Below are positions 40,246 to 53,604 of a DNA stretch of 64,000 bases, in pieces; the first letter of the stretch is position 1; each line of letters opens with the position of its first letter. The position numbers were made by a program, and so were the translations under genes. Source of the DNA: Eledone cirrhosa (Eukaryota); the NCBI GenBank assembly GCA_964016885.1, contig OZ024759.1, positions 4,278,001-4,342,000 on the forward strand. Reading direction: 5' to 3'. The notes under the pieces were generated by a model, which had not been told where the DNA came from, ran no database searches, and was given only the letters and a program-made list of their open reading frames with translations.

Positions 40246-40414
40246 TTTATACTCCAGTGGTATGACCTAAACTATATATAATCCATACTATATCTATACA
40301 ATCTATATGATTTCCGTAACATCGATATTATGTCTATATACTTGCCGATTCTCTACACTCCATACCAATGTTATACTATATATTCATGAGGCTATAATAT
40401 CCCCTTTATATTGT

Positions 40415-40750
40415 AAGCACATAGCTTAGAAGTTAGAGCATTGGCCTTGCAATCGAAAGGTTGTGAGTTCAATTCTCAGACCGGGTGATGTGTTGTTTCC
40501 TTGAGCAAGACACTTTATTTCACATTGCTCCAGTTTACTCAGCTGTAGAAATGAGATGATAGGGACTGGGGTCAATATCATTCCACTGCAAAGTGGTCCT
40601 CGAGGTGCCACGGCAAAAAACACCCAATACTCACTGTAAATGAGGCTGGTGTTAGGAAGGGCATCCAGCTGTAGAAATCAAGCCAGAATCAGTTTCCGTC
40701 CCACCCTTGTAAGCAGGGAAAAGCAGACGTAAAATGATGATGATGATGAT
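40415..40750 (+). mobile_element. tRNA-headed SINE family B with RTE-derived 3' tail
   Basis: A/B-box-like head (..GTTAGAGCATTGGCC..GTGAGTTCAATTC); tail GTTAGGAAGGGCATCCAGCTGTAGAAATC..(GAT)n shared with the RTE 3' UTR at 20040-20200. Confidence 0.85.
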
Positions 40751-40776
40751 TGTAGCTCCAAAACAGTTTAAATCTA

Positions 40777-40885
40777 CCTGTCTCACAGGTGTTACCTTCA
40801 TAACCAGGACTACACTTTCCACTAAAACACACACCTGTCTCTGTGTTACACCTAGCTGTGTGTTACACCTACTGTCATCTTGACT
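40777..40885 (-). pseudogene. Half-exon relic of the EGF repeat (others at ~39020-39095, 47345-47395, 50690-50745, 51879-51960, 52015-52095, 54105-54160)
   Basis: Degenerate ..RCN..TGVC..G.C.PGYEG..C.T segment lacking the 5' half and acceptor. Confidence 0.8.
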
Positions 40886-40927
40886 CAATATATCATGTTA
40901 GAAACAAAGCTATACTACACCACTTAC

Positions 40928-41065
40928 CTGTCTGACAGTTGCTACCTTCATAACCAGCAGTACATCCTCCACTAGAACACATACCTGTCTGTTTGTTACA
41001 CCTGTTATTATCAGCACAGTGGCATGTGTGTTTACAGTTAGCTCCAAATTTACCAATGTGACAGG
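40928..41065 (-). CDS. EGF-like exon CHIGKFGANCKHTCHCADNNRCNKQTGMCSSGGCTAGYEGSNCQT
   Basis: 138 nt, TTACAG acceptor, GTAAGT donor. Confidence 0.9.
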
Positions 41066-41140
41066 CTGTAATATGAAATGTAATGTAAACAGTTTGAACA
41101 ATTTCAAGATATAATATTTAGAATTATTAACCTTTTTGAT

Positions 41141-42290
41141 TAAGTAGAAATATGGTAATGAAAGGGTTAATGATATAGACAGTGTCTTTAAGTAGAGATA
41201 TGTAATGAAAGGGTTAATAACATAGACAGTGTCTTTAAGTAGAGATATGTAATGAAAATGTTAATGACATAGACAGTGTCTTTAAGTAGAAATATGTAAT
41301 GAAAGGTTTAATTACATAGACAGTGTCTTTAAGTAGAAATATGTAATGAAAGGTTTAATGACATAGACAGTGTCTTTAAGTAGGAACTTGGTAATGAAAG
41401 GTTTAATGACATAGACAGTGTCTTTAAGTAGAAATATGGTAATGAAAGGTTTAATGACATAGACAGTGTCTTTAAGTAGAAATATGGTAATGAAAGGTTT
41501 AATGACATAGACAGTGTCTTTAAGTAGAGATATGTAATGAAAGGGTTAATGACATAGACAGTGTCTTTAAGTAGAAATATGTAATGAAAGGTTTAATGAC
41601 ATAGACAGTGTCTTTAAGTAGAAATATGTAATGAAAGGTTTAATGACATAGACAGTGTCTTTAAGTAGGAACTTGGTAATGAAAAGTTTAATGACATAGA
41701 CAGTGTCTTCAAGTAGAAATATGGTAATGAAAGGTTTAATGACATAGACAGTGTCTTTAAGTAGAAATATGGTAATGAAAGGTTTAATCACATAGACAGT
41801 GTCTTTAAGTAGAAATATGTAATGAAAGGTTTAATGACATAGACAGTGTCTTTAAGTAGGAACTTGGTAATGAAAGGTTTAATGACATAGACAGTGTCTT
41901 CAAGTAGAAATATGGTAATGAAGGGTTTAATGACATAGACAGTGTCTTTAAGTAGAAATATGGTAATGAAAGGGTTAATGACATAGACAGTGTCTTTAAG
42001 TAGAGATATGGTAATGAAAGGTTTAATGACATAGACAGTGTCTTTAAGTAGAAATATGGTAATGAAAGGTTTAATGACATAGACAGTGTCTTTAAGTAGA
42101 AATATGGTAATGAAAGGATTAATGACATAGACAGTGTCTTTAAGTAGAAATATGGTAAAGAAAGATTAAATGATATAGACAGTGTCTTTAAGTAGAGATA
42201 TGGTAATGAAAGGGTTAATGACAGAGACAGTGTCTTTAAGTAGAAACTTGGTAATGAAAGGTTTAATGACATAGTCTATGTCATTAAACC
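41141..42290. repeat. 47/48-bp minisatellite (variant ..CTTTAAGT..)
   Basis: Unit AGAAATATGGTAATGAAAGGTTTAATGACATAGACAGTGTCTTTAAGT; related short array at 42630-42822. Confidence 0.94.
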
Positions 42291-42838
42291 TTAATCCAAA
42301 TATTCAATTACTTTCAAGCAAGAAACAAATGCAAATATCCAACTAACTTGAATTTTCCATCGGATTTTAAAATTATTTTACGTATTTTTGCTATATTAGT
42401 TTTTTTAACTTAATATTATTATTTTTCTATTGTATTTCTTTATAATTATGTGAATACAAAAATATTTTATGTTGTAACTTTTTATGTTAAATAATAAATG
42501 ACTATAAAACTATACAAAAACTATAATAATTTCACAAAAGTCGCATTTATAGGTATATCAACTTATGCGGCCTCCTTTATTACTGCCTAATTTAAATGTG
42601 GCCTCTAATGGTAAAAAGGTTCCTCTCCTCTGACATAGACAGTGTCTTTCATTAGAAATATGGTAATGAAAGGGTTAATGACATAGACAGTGTCTTTCAT
42701 TAGAAATGTGGTAATGAAAGGGTTAATGACATAGACAGTGTCTTTTATTAGAAATGTGGTAATGAAAGGGTTAATGACATAGACAGTGTCTTTCATTAGA
42801 AATATGGTAATGAAAGGGTTAATTACTACACCATATAC

Positions 42839-42976
42839 CTGTCTGACAGTTGCTACCTTCATAACCAGCAGCACATCCTCCACTAGAACACACACCTGTC
42901 TGTTTGTTACATTTACTGTTGTCAGCACAGTGACATGTGTTGCCACAGTTGGCTCCAAATTTACCTGATTTACAGA
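42839..42976 (-). CDS. EGF-like exon CKSGKFGANCGNTCHCADNSKCNKQTGVCSSGGCAAGYEGSNCQT
   Basis: 138 nt, TTTCCAG acceptor, weaker GTATAT donor. Confidence 0.78.
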
Positions 42977-43084
42977 CTGGAAATAAAATATGAGAACAAT
43001 GACAATTATAACAACATTTACACTATACAAGATAATAAATATCACAATATTATATCATCTATATTATAGTGTTGTCATCTATAC

Positions 43085-46000
43085 CAGAGGTCGGCATCCT
43101 TTTGGGGTGTGCGGGCCACATTGCTATGGAGTGTCACACAGGCAGGCCACATTTCTATGCAGTGTCTCACTGGCAGGCCACGTTGTTACGAAGTGTCTTG
43201 TCAGTTGCTCACATTGTTATACAGTGTCTTGTCAGCAGGCCACATAGCTATGGAGTGTCTCACCAGCAGGCCACATTGCTATACAGTGTCTTGTCAGCAG
43301 GCCACATAGCTATACAGTGTCTTGTCAGCAGGCCATATTGCTATGGAGTGTCTCACCAGCAGGCCACATAGCTATGGAGTGTCTTGTCAGCAGGCCACAT
43401 AGCTATGGAGTGTCTCGCCAGCAGGCCACATAGCTATGCAGTGTCTTGTCAGCAGGCCACATTGCTATGCAATGTCTTGTCAGCAGGCCACATTGCTATA
43501 GAGTGTCTTGTCAGCAGGCCACATAGCTATGGAGTGTCTCACCAGCAGGCCACATTGCTATGCAGTGTCTCACCAGCAGGCCACATAGCTATGTAGTGTC
43601 TCACCAGCAGGCCACATAGCTATACAGTGTCTTGTCAGCAGGCCATATTGCTATGCAGTGTCTTGTCAGCAGGCCACATAGCTATGGAGTGTCTCACCAG
43701 CAGGCCACATTGCTATGCAGTGTCTCACCAGCAGGCCACATTGCTATGTAGTGTCTCACCAGCAGGCCACATTGCTATGTAGTGTCTTGTCAGCAGGCCA
43801 CATTGCTATGCAGTGTCTTGTCAGCAGGCCACATAGCTATGGAGTGTCTCACCAGCAGGCCACATAGCTATGCAGTGTCTCACCAGCAGGCCACATAGCT
43901 ATGCAGTGTCTCACCAGCAGGCCACATAGCTATGCAGTGTCTTGTCAGCAGGCCACATAGCTATGCAGTGTCTCACCAGCAGGCCACATTGTTACGAAGT
44001 GTCTTGTCAGTTGCTCACATTGCAATACAGTGTCTTGTCAGCAGGCCACATAGCTATGGAGTGTCTCACCAGCAGGCCACATAGCTATACAGTGTCTTGT
44101 CAGCAGGCCACATAGCTATACAGTGTCCTGTCAGCAGGCCACATAGCTATGGAGTGTCTCACCAGCAGGCCACATAGCTATACAGTGTCTTGTCAGCAGG
44201 CCACATAGCTATACAGTGTCTTGTCAGCAGGCCATATTGCTATGGAGTGTCTCACCAGCAGGCCACATAGCTATGGAATGTCTTGTCAGCAGGCCACATA
44301 GCTATGGAGTGTCTCACCAGCAGGCCACATAGTTATGCAGTGTCTTGTCAGCAGGCCACATAGCTATACAGTGTCTTGTCAGCAGGCCACATTGCTATAG
44401 AGTGTCTTGTCAGCAGGCCATATTGCTATGCAGTTTCTCACCAGCAGTCCACATAGCTATGTAGTGTCTTGTCAGCAGGCCACATAGCTATACAGTGTCT
44501 TGTCAGCAGGCCACATTGCTATAGAGTGTCTTGTCAGCAGGCCATATTGCTATGCAGTTTCTCACCAGCAGTCCACATAGCTATGTAGTGTCTTGTCAGC
44601 AGGCCACATTGCTATGCAGTGTCTCACCAGCAGGCCACATTGCTATGCAGTGTCTCACCAGCAGGCCACATTGCTATGCAGTGTCTTGTCAGCAGGCCAC
44701 ATAGCTATGGAGTGTCTCACCAGCAGGCCACATAGCTATGTAGTGTCTTGTCAGCAGGCCACATAGCTATACAGTGTCTCACCAGCAGGCCACATTGCTA
44801 TGTAGTGTCTCACCAGCAGGCCACATTGCTATGTAGTGTCTTGTCAGCAGGCCATATTGCTATGCAGTTTCTCACCAGCAGGCCACATAGCTATGTAGTG
44901 TCTTGTCAGCAGGCCACATTGCTATGCAGTGTCTTGTCAGCAGGCCACATAGCTATGGAGTGTCTCACCAGCAGGCCACATAGCTATGCAGTGTCTCACC
45001 AGCAGGCCACATAGCTATGCAGTGTCTTGTCAGCAGGCCACATAGCTATGCAGTGTCTCACCAGCAGGCCATATTGCTATGTAGTGTCTCACCAGCAGGC
45101 CACATAGCTATGGAATGTCTCACCAGCAGGCCACATAGCTATGGAGTGTCTCACCAGCAGATCACATAGCTATGGAGTGTCTCACCAGCAGGCCACATAG
45201 CTATGTAGTGTCTTGTCAGCAGGCCACATTGCTATGGAGTGTCTCACCAGCAGGCCACATTGCTATGTAGTGTCTCACCAGCAGGCCACATTGCTATGTA
45301 GTGTCTCACCAGTAGGCCACATAGCTATGGAGTGTCTCACCAGCAGATCACATAGCTATGGAGTGTCTCACCAGCAGGCCACATAGCTATGTAGTGTCTT
45401 GTCAGCAGGCCACATTGCTATGGAGTGTCTCACCAGCAGGCCACATTGCTATAGAGTGTCTCACCAGCAGGCCACATAGCTATGCAGTGTCTCACCAGCA
45501 GGCCACATTGCTATGCAGTGTCTTGTCAGCAGGCCACATTGCTATGCAGTGTCTTGTCAGCAGGCCACATAGCTATGCATTGTCTCACCAGCAGGCCACA
45601 TAGCTATGCAGTGTCTCACCAGCAGGCCACATAGCTATGTAGTGTCTCACCAGCAGGCCACATAGCTATGTAGTGTCTCGTCAGCAGGCCACATAGCTAT
45701 AGATTGTCTCACCAGCAGGCCACATAGCTATGTAATGTCTCACCAGCAGGCCACATAGCTATGTAGTGTCTTGTCAGCAGGCCACATAGCTATGGAGTGT
45801 TTCACCAGCAGGCCACATAGCTATGTAGTGTCTCGTCAGCAGGCCACATAGCTATGCAGTGTCTCACCAGCAGGCCACATTGCTATGTAGTGTCTTGTCA
45901 GCAGGCCACATAGCTATGCAGTGTCTCGTCAGAAGGCCACATAGCTATGTAGTGTCTTGTCAGCAAGCCACATAGCTATGCAGTGTCTCACCAGCAGGCC

Positions 46001-47067
46001 ACATAGCTATGTAGTGTCTCATCAGCAGGCCACATAGCTATGCAGTGTCTCACCAGCAGGCCACATTGCTATGTAGTGTCTTGTCAGCAGGCCACATAGC
46101 TATGTAGTGTCTCACCAGCAGGCCACATTGTTATGTAGTGTCTCACCAGCAGGCCACATTGCTATGCAGTGTCTTGTCAGCAGGCCACATAGCTATGTAG
46201 TGTCTCACCAGCAGGCCACATAGCTATGGAGTGTCTTGTCAGCAGGCCACATAGCTATGCAGTGTCTCGTCAGCAGGCCACATAGCTATGTAGTGTCTTG
46301 TCAGCAAGCCACATAGCTATGTAGTGTTTTGTCAGCAGGCCACATAGCTATGTAGTGTCTTGTCAGCAGGCCACATAGCTATGTAGTGTCTCGTCAGCAA
46401 GTCACATAACTATGTAGTGTCTCGTCGGCAGGCCATGATATCAAATAAGTAATGAGAACATATGTAAAAATGAATGCAGTAATATAATAAAATACTCTGA
46501 CATTTTTAATAAACTCTGACAAAGCCATGACACCTGACAGTGTATTTAAACCAGGGTTGCCATTTGTTCATTGAACATATTTACTTCTAATAATACTGAA
46601 CACTTTTAACATAGAAAAATAAATAAACATTGATTATTATCAAATACAAACCCTTACAGATATTTTGCTACCAGACAGTTAACTAAAATGAACAATTTTG
46701 AGGATGAAATGAAATAACTATGTCAGACATACTGACTTTTTTAGGTAAGTCTGGGTCATTTCACATCACTGCCATACAGATACTATGTATGTACATATAT
46801 ACATGAATACACACACACAGTCCCTTTGACCTCGATGTCTGACTATTCTATCTCTCTGAGTTTGATTGTTTCTTACTGTCACATTAAAACATTACGTTCA
46901 GTTAAGTGAGTCTTGAGGTTAGACGTGTTCTCTAGTTGGTATTTTAATCCCAAATAATTCAGAACACTTTTTCAGGGATCGCTTAGTCTAAGATTGAAAC
47001 CTGTCGGCAGGCCAGATGTGGCCCGCGGGCTAGATGTTCCCACGGGCCAGGGATTTAATGACCCCTA
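43085..47067. mobile_element. Non-autonomous hAT (Charlie-like) element containing a 31-bp satellite
   Basis: Ends CAGAGGTC.. and ..GACCCCTA; 8-bp TSD ATCTATAC at 43077-43084 and 47068-47075; subterminal GCGGGCC/GGCCCGC motifs. Confidence 0.85.
43110..46435. repeat. 31-bp satellite (~105 copies)
   Basis: Unit CAGCAGGCCACATAGCTATGCAGTGTCTTGT with a CTCAC variant. Confidence 0.96.
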
Positions 47068-47429
47068 ATCTATACTATAGTGATATCAACTATTTTATAT
47101 CTATATCATCTGTACTATATCCCTACAACCTATATTATATCTATAGCTGTACTATATCTATTCCTCTATATTATATCTATTGAAGGCGCAAGGATTAGTG
47201 GTAAGAGCGTCAGGCTTACAATCATAAAGTTGTGAGTTCGATGCCTGAATCTTGCTGTGTTTTGTGTTCTTGAACAAGTCACTTTATTTCATGTTGCTCA
47301 AGATACTCAGCTATAGAAATGAGTTGTGATGTCACACTTTCAATGGGAACACACACCTGTCTCTAAGTTACACCTGCTGTTGTTTTGTTTCAATATATTA
47401 TGCTACAACAAAGTTATGCTACATCACTT

Positions 47430-48180
47430 ACCTTATTAGAAATATGGTAATGAAAGGGTTAATGACATAGACAGTGTCTTTCATTAGAAATATGGTAATG
47501 AAAGGGTTAATGACATAGACAGTGTCTTTCATTAGAAATATAGTAATGAAGGGGTTAATAACATAGGTAGTGTCTTTAATTAGAAATATAATAATGAAGG
47601 GGTTAATGACATAGACAGTGTCTTTCATTGGCAATATGGTAATTAAAGGGTTAATGACATATACAGTGTCTTTCATTAGAAATATGGTAATGAAAGGGTT
47701 AATGACATAGACAGTGTCCTTCATTAGAAATATGGTAATGAAAGGGTTAATGACATAGACAGTGTCTTTCACTAGAAATATGGTAATGAAAGGGTTAATG
47801 ATATAGGTAGTGTCTTTCATTAGAAGTATTGTAATGAAAGGGTTAATGACATAGACAGTGTCTTTCATTAGAAATATGGTAATGAAGGGGTTAATGACAT
47901 AGACAGTGTCTTTCACTAGAAATATGGTAATGAAAGGGTTAATGATATAGGTAGTGTCTTTCATTAGAAATATTGTAATGAAAGGGTTAATGACATAGAC
48001 AGTGTCTTTCATTAGAAATATGGTAATGAAAGGGTTAATGACATAGACAGTGTCTTTCATTAGATATATGGTAATGAAAGGGTTAATGACATATATAGTG
48101 TCTTTCATTAGAAATATGGTAATGAAAGGGTTAATGACATATACAGTGTCTTTCATTAGATATATGGTAATAGAAAGTTT
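47430..48180. repeat. 48-bp minisatellite (..CTTTCATT.. variant)
   Basis: Unit AGAAATATGGTAATGAAAGGGTTAATGACATAGACAGTGTCTTTCATT. Confidence 0.95.
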
Positions 48181-48198
48181 AATTACTATACTATTTAA

Positions 48199-48336
48199 CT
48201 CTCTGACAGTTGCTACCTTCATAACCAGCAGCACATCCTCCACTAGAACACACACCTGTCTGTTTGTTACATTTACTGTTGTCAGCACAGTGACATGTGT
48301 TGCCACAGTTGGCTCCAAATTTACCTGATTTACAGA
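48199..48336 (-). pseudogene. EGF-like exon copy with destroyed donor site
   Basis: Open 138-nt frame almost identical to 42839-42976, but ACAG|GTA is replaced by AGAG|TTAAAT. Confidence 0.75.
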
Positions 48337-48444
48337 CTGGAAATAAAATATGAGAACAATGACAATTATAACAACATTTACACTATACAAGATAATAAAT
48401 ATCACAATATTATATCATATATATTATAGTGTTGTCATCTATAC

Positions 48445-50415
48445 CAGAAGTCGGCATCCTTTTGGGGTGTGCGGGCCACATTGCTATGGAGTCTCACACA
48501 GGCAGGCCACATTGCTATGCAGTGTCTCACTGGCAGGCCACATTGTTGGGAAGTGTCTTGTCAGTTGCTCACATTGCTATACAGTGTCTTGTCAAGCAGG
48601 CCACATAGCTATGTAGTGTCTTGTCAGCAGGCCACATTGCTATGGAGTGTCTTGTCAGCAGGCCACATTGCTATACAGTGTCTTGTCAGCAGGCCACATA
48701 GCTATGTAGTGTCTTGTCAGCAGGCCACATTGCTATGGAGTGTCTTGTCAGCAGGCCACATTGCTATACAGTGTCTTGTCAGCAGGCCACATAGCTATGG
48801 AGTGTCTCACCAGCAGGCCACATAGCTATACAGTGTCTTGTCAGCAGGCCACATAGCTATGGAGTGTCTTGTCAGCAGGCCACATTGCTATACAGTGTCT
48901 TGTCAGCAGGCCACATAGCTATGGAGTGTCTCACCAGCAGGCCACGTAGCTATGTAGTGTCTTTTCAGCAGGCTACATAGCTATGGAGTGTCTCACCAGC
49001 AGGCCACATTGCTATACAGTGTCTTGTCAGCAGGCCACATAGCGATGCAGTGTTTCAGCAGCAGGCCACATAGCTATGCAGTGTCTTGTCAGCAGGCCAC
49101 ATAGCTATGGAGTGTCTTGTCAGCAGGCCACATAGCTATGCAGTGTCTCACCAGCAGGCCACATAGCTATGGAGTGTCTCACCAGCAGGCCACATTGCTA
49201 TGCAGTGTCTCGTCAGCAGGTCACATAGCTATGCAGTGTCTCACCAGCAGGCCACATAGCTATGTAGTGTCTCGTCAGCAGGCCACATAGCTATGTAGTG
49301 TCTCACCAGCAGGCCACATAGCTATGTAGTGTCTCGTCAGCAGGCCACATAGCTATAGAGTGTCTCACCAGCAGGCCACATAGCTATGTAGTGTCTCGTC
49401 AGCAGGCCACATAGCTATGCAGTGTCTTGTCAGCAGGACACATAGCTATGCAGTGTCTCACCAGCAGGTCACATAGCTATGTAGTGTCTCGTCAGCAGGA
49501 CACATAGCTATGCAGTGTCTCACCAGCAGGCCACATTGCTATGTAGTGTCTCCTCAGCAGGCCACATAGCTATGCAGTGTCTTGTCAGCAGGCCACATAG
49601 CTATGGAGTGTCTCACCAGCAGGCCACATAGCTATGTAGTGTCTTGTCAGCAGGCCACATAGCTATGGAGTGTCTCACCAGCAGGCCACATAGCTATGCA
49701 GTGTCTCATCGGCAGGTCACATAGCTATGTAGTGTCTTGTCAGCAAGCCACATTGCTATGTAGTGTCTCGTCGGCAGGCCATGATATCAAATAAGTAATG
49801 AGAACATATGTAAAAATGAATGCAGTAATATAATAAAATACTCTGACAATTTTAATAAACTCTGACAAAGCCATGACACCTGGTAGTGTATTTAAACCAG
49901 GGTTGCCATTTGTTCATTGAACATATTTACTTCTAATAATACTGAACACTTTTAACATAGAAAAATAAATAAACATTGATTATTATCAAATACAGTCCCT
50001 TACAGATGTTTTACTACCAGACAGTTAACTAAAATGAACAATTTTGAGGATGAAATGAAATAACTATGTCAGACATACTGACATTTTTAGGTAAGTCTGG
50101 GTCATTTCACATCCCTGCCATACAGATACTATGTATGTACATATATACACGAATACACACACACAGTCCCTTTGACCTCGATGTCTGACTATTCTATCTC
50201 TCTGAGTTTGATTGTTTCTTACTGTCACATTAAAACATTACGTTCAGTTAAGTGAGTCTTGAGGTTAGACGTGTTCTCTAGTTGGTATTTTAATCCCAAA
50301 TAATTCAGAACACTTTTTCAGGAGATTGCTTAGTCTAAGATTGAAACCTGTCGGCAGGTCAGATGTGGCCCGTGGGCCAGATGTGGCCTATGGGCCAGGG
50401 ATTTAATGACCCCTA
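48445..50415. mobile_element. Duplicate copy of the hAT element with a shorter 31-bp satellite (48470-49780)
   Basis: Same ends, same ATCTATAC TSD and same flanks as 43085-47067. Confidence 0.85.
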
Positions 50416-50779
50416 ATCTATACTATAGTGATATCAACTATTTTATATCTATATCATCTGTACTCTATCCCTACAACCTATATTATATCTATAGCTATAC
50501 TATATCTATTCCTCTATATTATATCTATTGAAGGCGCAAGGATTAGTGGTAAGAGCGTCAGGCTTACAATCATAAAGTTGTGAGTTCGATGCCTGAATCT
50601 TGCTGTGTTTTGTGTTCTTGTACAACTCACTTTATTTCATGTTGCTCAAGATACTCAGCTATAGAAATGAGTTGCGATGTCACACTTTCAATAGGAACAC
50701 ACACCTGTCTCTAAGTTACACCTGCTGTTGTTTTGTTTCAATATATTATGCTACAACAAAGTTATGCTACATTACTTAC

Positions 50780-51860
50780 CTTATTAGAAATATGGTAATG
50801 AAAGGGTTAATGACATAGACAGTGTCTTTCATTAGATATATGGTAATGAAAGGGTTAATGACACAGGCAGTGTCTTTCATTAGAAATATGGTAATGAAAG
50901 GCTTAATGACATAGAGTGTCTTTCATTAGAAATATGGTAATGAAAGGGTTAATGACATAGACAGTATCTTTCATTAGATATATGGTAATGAAAGGGTGAA
51001 TGACATATACAGTGTCTTTCATTAGATATATGGTAATGAAAGGGTTAATGACATAGACAGTGTCCTTCATTAGAAATATGGTAATGAAAGGGTTAATGAC
51101 ATATACAGTGTCCTTCATTAGAAATATGGTAATGAAAGGGTTAATGACATAGACAGTGTCTTTCATTAGAAATATGGTAATGAAAGGGTTAATGACATAG
51201 AGTGTCTTTCATTAGAAATATGGTAATGAAAGGGTTAATGACATAGACAGTATCTTTCATTAGATATATGGTAATGAAAGGGTGAATGACATATACAGTG
51301 TCTTTCATTAGATATATGGTAATGAAAGGGTTAATGACATAGACAGTGTCCTTCATTAGAAATATGGTAATGAAAGGGTTAATGACATAGACAGTGTCTT
51401 TCACTAGAAATATGGTAATGAAAGGGTTAATGCCATATACAGTGTCTTTCACTAGAAATATGGTAATGAAAGGGTTAATGACATATACAGTGTCTTTCAT
51501 TAGATATATGGTAATGAAAGGGTTAATGACATAGACAGTGTCTTTCATTAGAAATATTGTAATGAAAGGGTTAATGACATATACAGTGTCTTTCATTAGA
51601 TATATGGTAATGAAAGGGTTAATGACATAGGTAGTGTCTTTCATTAGAAATATGGTAATGAAAGGGTTAATGACATAGGTAGTGTCTTTCATTAGAAATA
51701 TGGTAATGAAAGGGTTAATGACATAGACAGTGTCTTTCATTAGATATATGGTAATGAAAGGGTTAATGACATATATAGTGTCTTTCATTAGAAATATGGT
51801 AATGAAAGGGTTAATGACATATACAGTGTCTTTCATTAGAAATATGGTAATAGAAAGTTT
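50780..51860. repeat. 48-bp minisatellite
   Basis: Same unit as 47430-48180. Confidence 0.95.
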
Positions 51861-52138
51861 AATTACTATACTACTTAACTCTCTGACAGTTGCTACCTTC
51901 ATAACCAGCAGCACATCCTCCACTAGAACATACACCTGTCTCTATGTTACACCTGATGTTGTTTTGTTTCAATATATTAAGCTACAGACTAAGCTATACT
52001 ACACAACACACTTTATTGGAACACACACCTGTCTCTGTGTTACATCTCGCTGTTTGTTACACCTCTCTGTATGTTACACCTGCTGTTGTCTTGACCCACT
52101 ATATTAAGTTATAAACAAAGCTATACTACACCACTTAC

Positions 52139-52276
52139 CTGTCTGACAGTTGCTACCTTCATAACCAGCAGTACATCCTCCACTAGAACACACACCTGTC
52201 TGTTTGTTACATTTACTGTTGTCAACACAGTGACATGTGTTGCCACAGTTGGCTCCAAATATACCATTTCTACAGA
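52139..52276 (-). CDS. EGF-like exon CRNGIFGANCGNTCHCVDNSKCNKQTGVCSSGGCTAGYEGSNCQT
   Basis: 138 nt, TTTCCACAG acceptor, GTAAGT donor. Confidence 0.9.
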
Positions 52277-52344
52277 CTGTGGAAATAAAAATATGAGAAC
52301 AATGACAACAACAACAACATATAACACTATACAAGATAATCATC

Positions 52345-52860
52345 ATCCTCATCATTACCATTTAATGTCCATTTTCTATGCTAGCATGGGTTAGATATAC
52401 TGTCCCATTGTGAGAAAAGTTGGGTCAGATGGCCATGTCTTGCTTATGCAGAACTGATTTGGGATTGGTTTTGATGGCTGGATGCCCTTCCAAATGCCAA
52501 CCACTTTACAGTGTGGACTGGGCACTTTTTGTTGTGTCACCAACTTGGCCACTTTACAATGAGAGCTGAGCACTTTTTGTTGTGGCATTATCACAACCAT
52601 TTTACAGTGTGTGCTGGGCACTTTTTGTTGTGGCACTATCACAAGCACTTTATAGTGTGGGCTAGGCACTTTTTGTTGTGGCACTATCACAAGCACTTTA
52701 TAGTGTGGGCTGGGCACATTTTGTTGTGGCACTGTCACAACCACTTTACAATGAGGGCTGGGCACATTTTGTGTCACCAACATGACCACTTTATAGTGTG
52801 GGCTGGGCATTTTCGTTGTGGCACTATCGCAACCACTTTACAGCGTGGACTGGGGACTTG
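52345..52860 (-). mobile_element. RTE 3'-UTR-type fragment with ~49-bp tandem repeats (52500-52850)
   Basis: GGATGCCCTTCC..CCAACCACTTTACAGTGTGG motif of the RTE tail, reiterated. Confidence 0.7.
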
Positions 52861-53019
52861 AGTAGGGCAGTTGCATGGGTATTGAGGAGGTAGATTTAGG
52901 GGCATGGGTGAGGGGTGGGGATTTAGTAGCTCACTGAACTTTCTTCAACCCATTCTCACACTGGCTACTGTGCTTTCAGAACACCTTCCTCCACTGCAAG
53001 TAACAGAAACTATGTACCA

Positions 53020-53214
53020 CTTCTTCATAACCAGCACCACACCCTCTACTGTAACACACCTGTCTTACAGTTGCTATCTTCATAACCATCACCACACACT
53101 TCACTGGAACACACACCTGTCTCTGTGTTACATCTAGCTGTTTGTTACACCTGCTGTTGTTAGTACAGTGACATGTGTGTTTACAGTTAGGTCCAAATTT
53201 ACCTGTTTTACACC
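53020..53214 (-). pseudogene. Degenerate EGF exon with internal insertion, followed by a proto-satellite unit
   Basis: TTTTCAG acceptor, CKTGKFGPNCKHTCHCTNNSRCNKQ, then a frameshifting duplication; continues into GACAGGTGTGTTACAGTAGAGGGTGTGGTGCTGGTTAT. Confidence 0.8.
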
Positions 53215-53377
53215 CTGAAAATAAAAATATGGAATGTTCTGCATGAGTATGCGGTCGAAGGACAGCTCCTTGCTCCGATAAATCATGTCACTTCTAACAC
53301 ATGTAGCATACATGTTTCCCTTCCATGTAATAACCCAATATATTAAGTTAGAAACAAAGCTATACTACACCACTTAC

Positions 53378-53514
53378 CTGTCTGACAGTTGCTACCTTCA
53401 TAACCAACAGCACATCCTCCACTAGAACACACACCTGTCTCTTTGTTACACCTGCTGTTATCAGCACAGTGTCATGTGTATTTACAGTTGGGTCCAAATT
53501 TACCTGTTTACAGA
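53378..53514 (-). pseudogene. EGF pseudo-exon (137 nt; 1-bp deletion and TGT>TGA)
   Basis: Compared with 54202-54339, one A is missing after TGTAAA and Cys14 is TGA; both splice sites are still canonical. Confidence 0.85.
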
Positions 53515-53604
53515 CTGTGGGTATTAAATATGAGAACAATGACAATTATAGCAACATATAACACTATACAAGATAATAAATATCATAATTATATCATCTA
53601 TATA

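Noticed and set aside
40415-40490. tRNA gene
   Set aside because: The A/B boxes are the head of a multi-copy SINE with an RTE tail; no complete cloverleaf seen
41567-51935. MKDTVYVINPFITIFL-type and SAGHIAM-type repeat ORFs
   Set aside because: Translations of the 48-bp and 31-bp satellites; frame is not maintained between arrays
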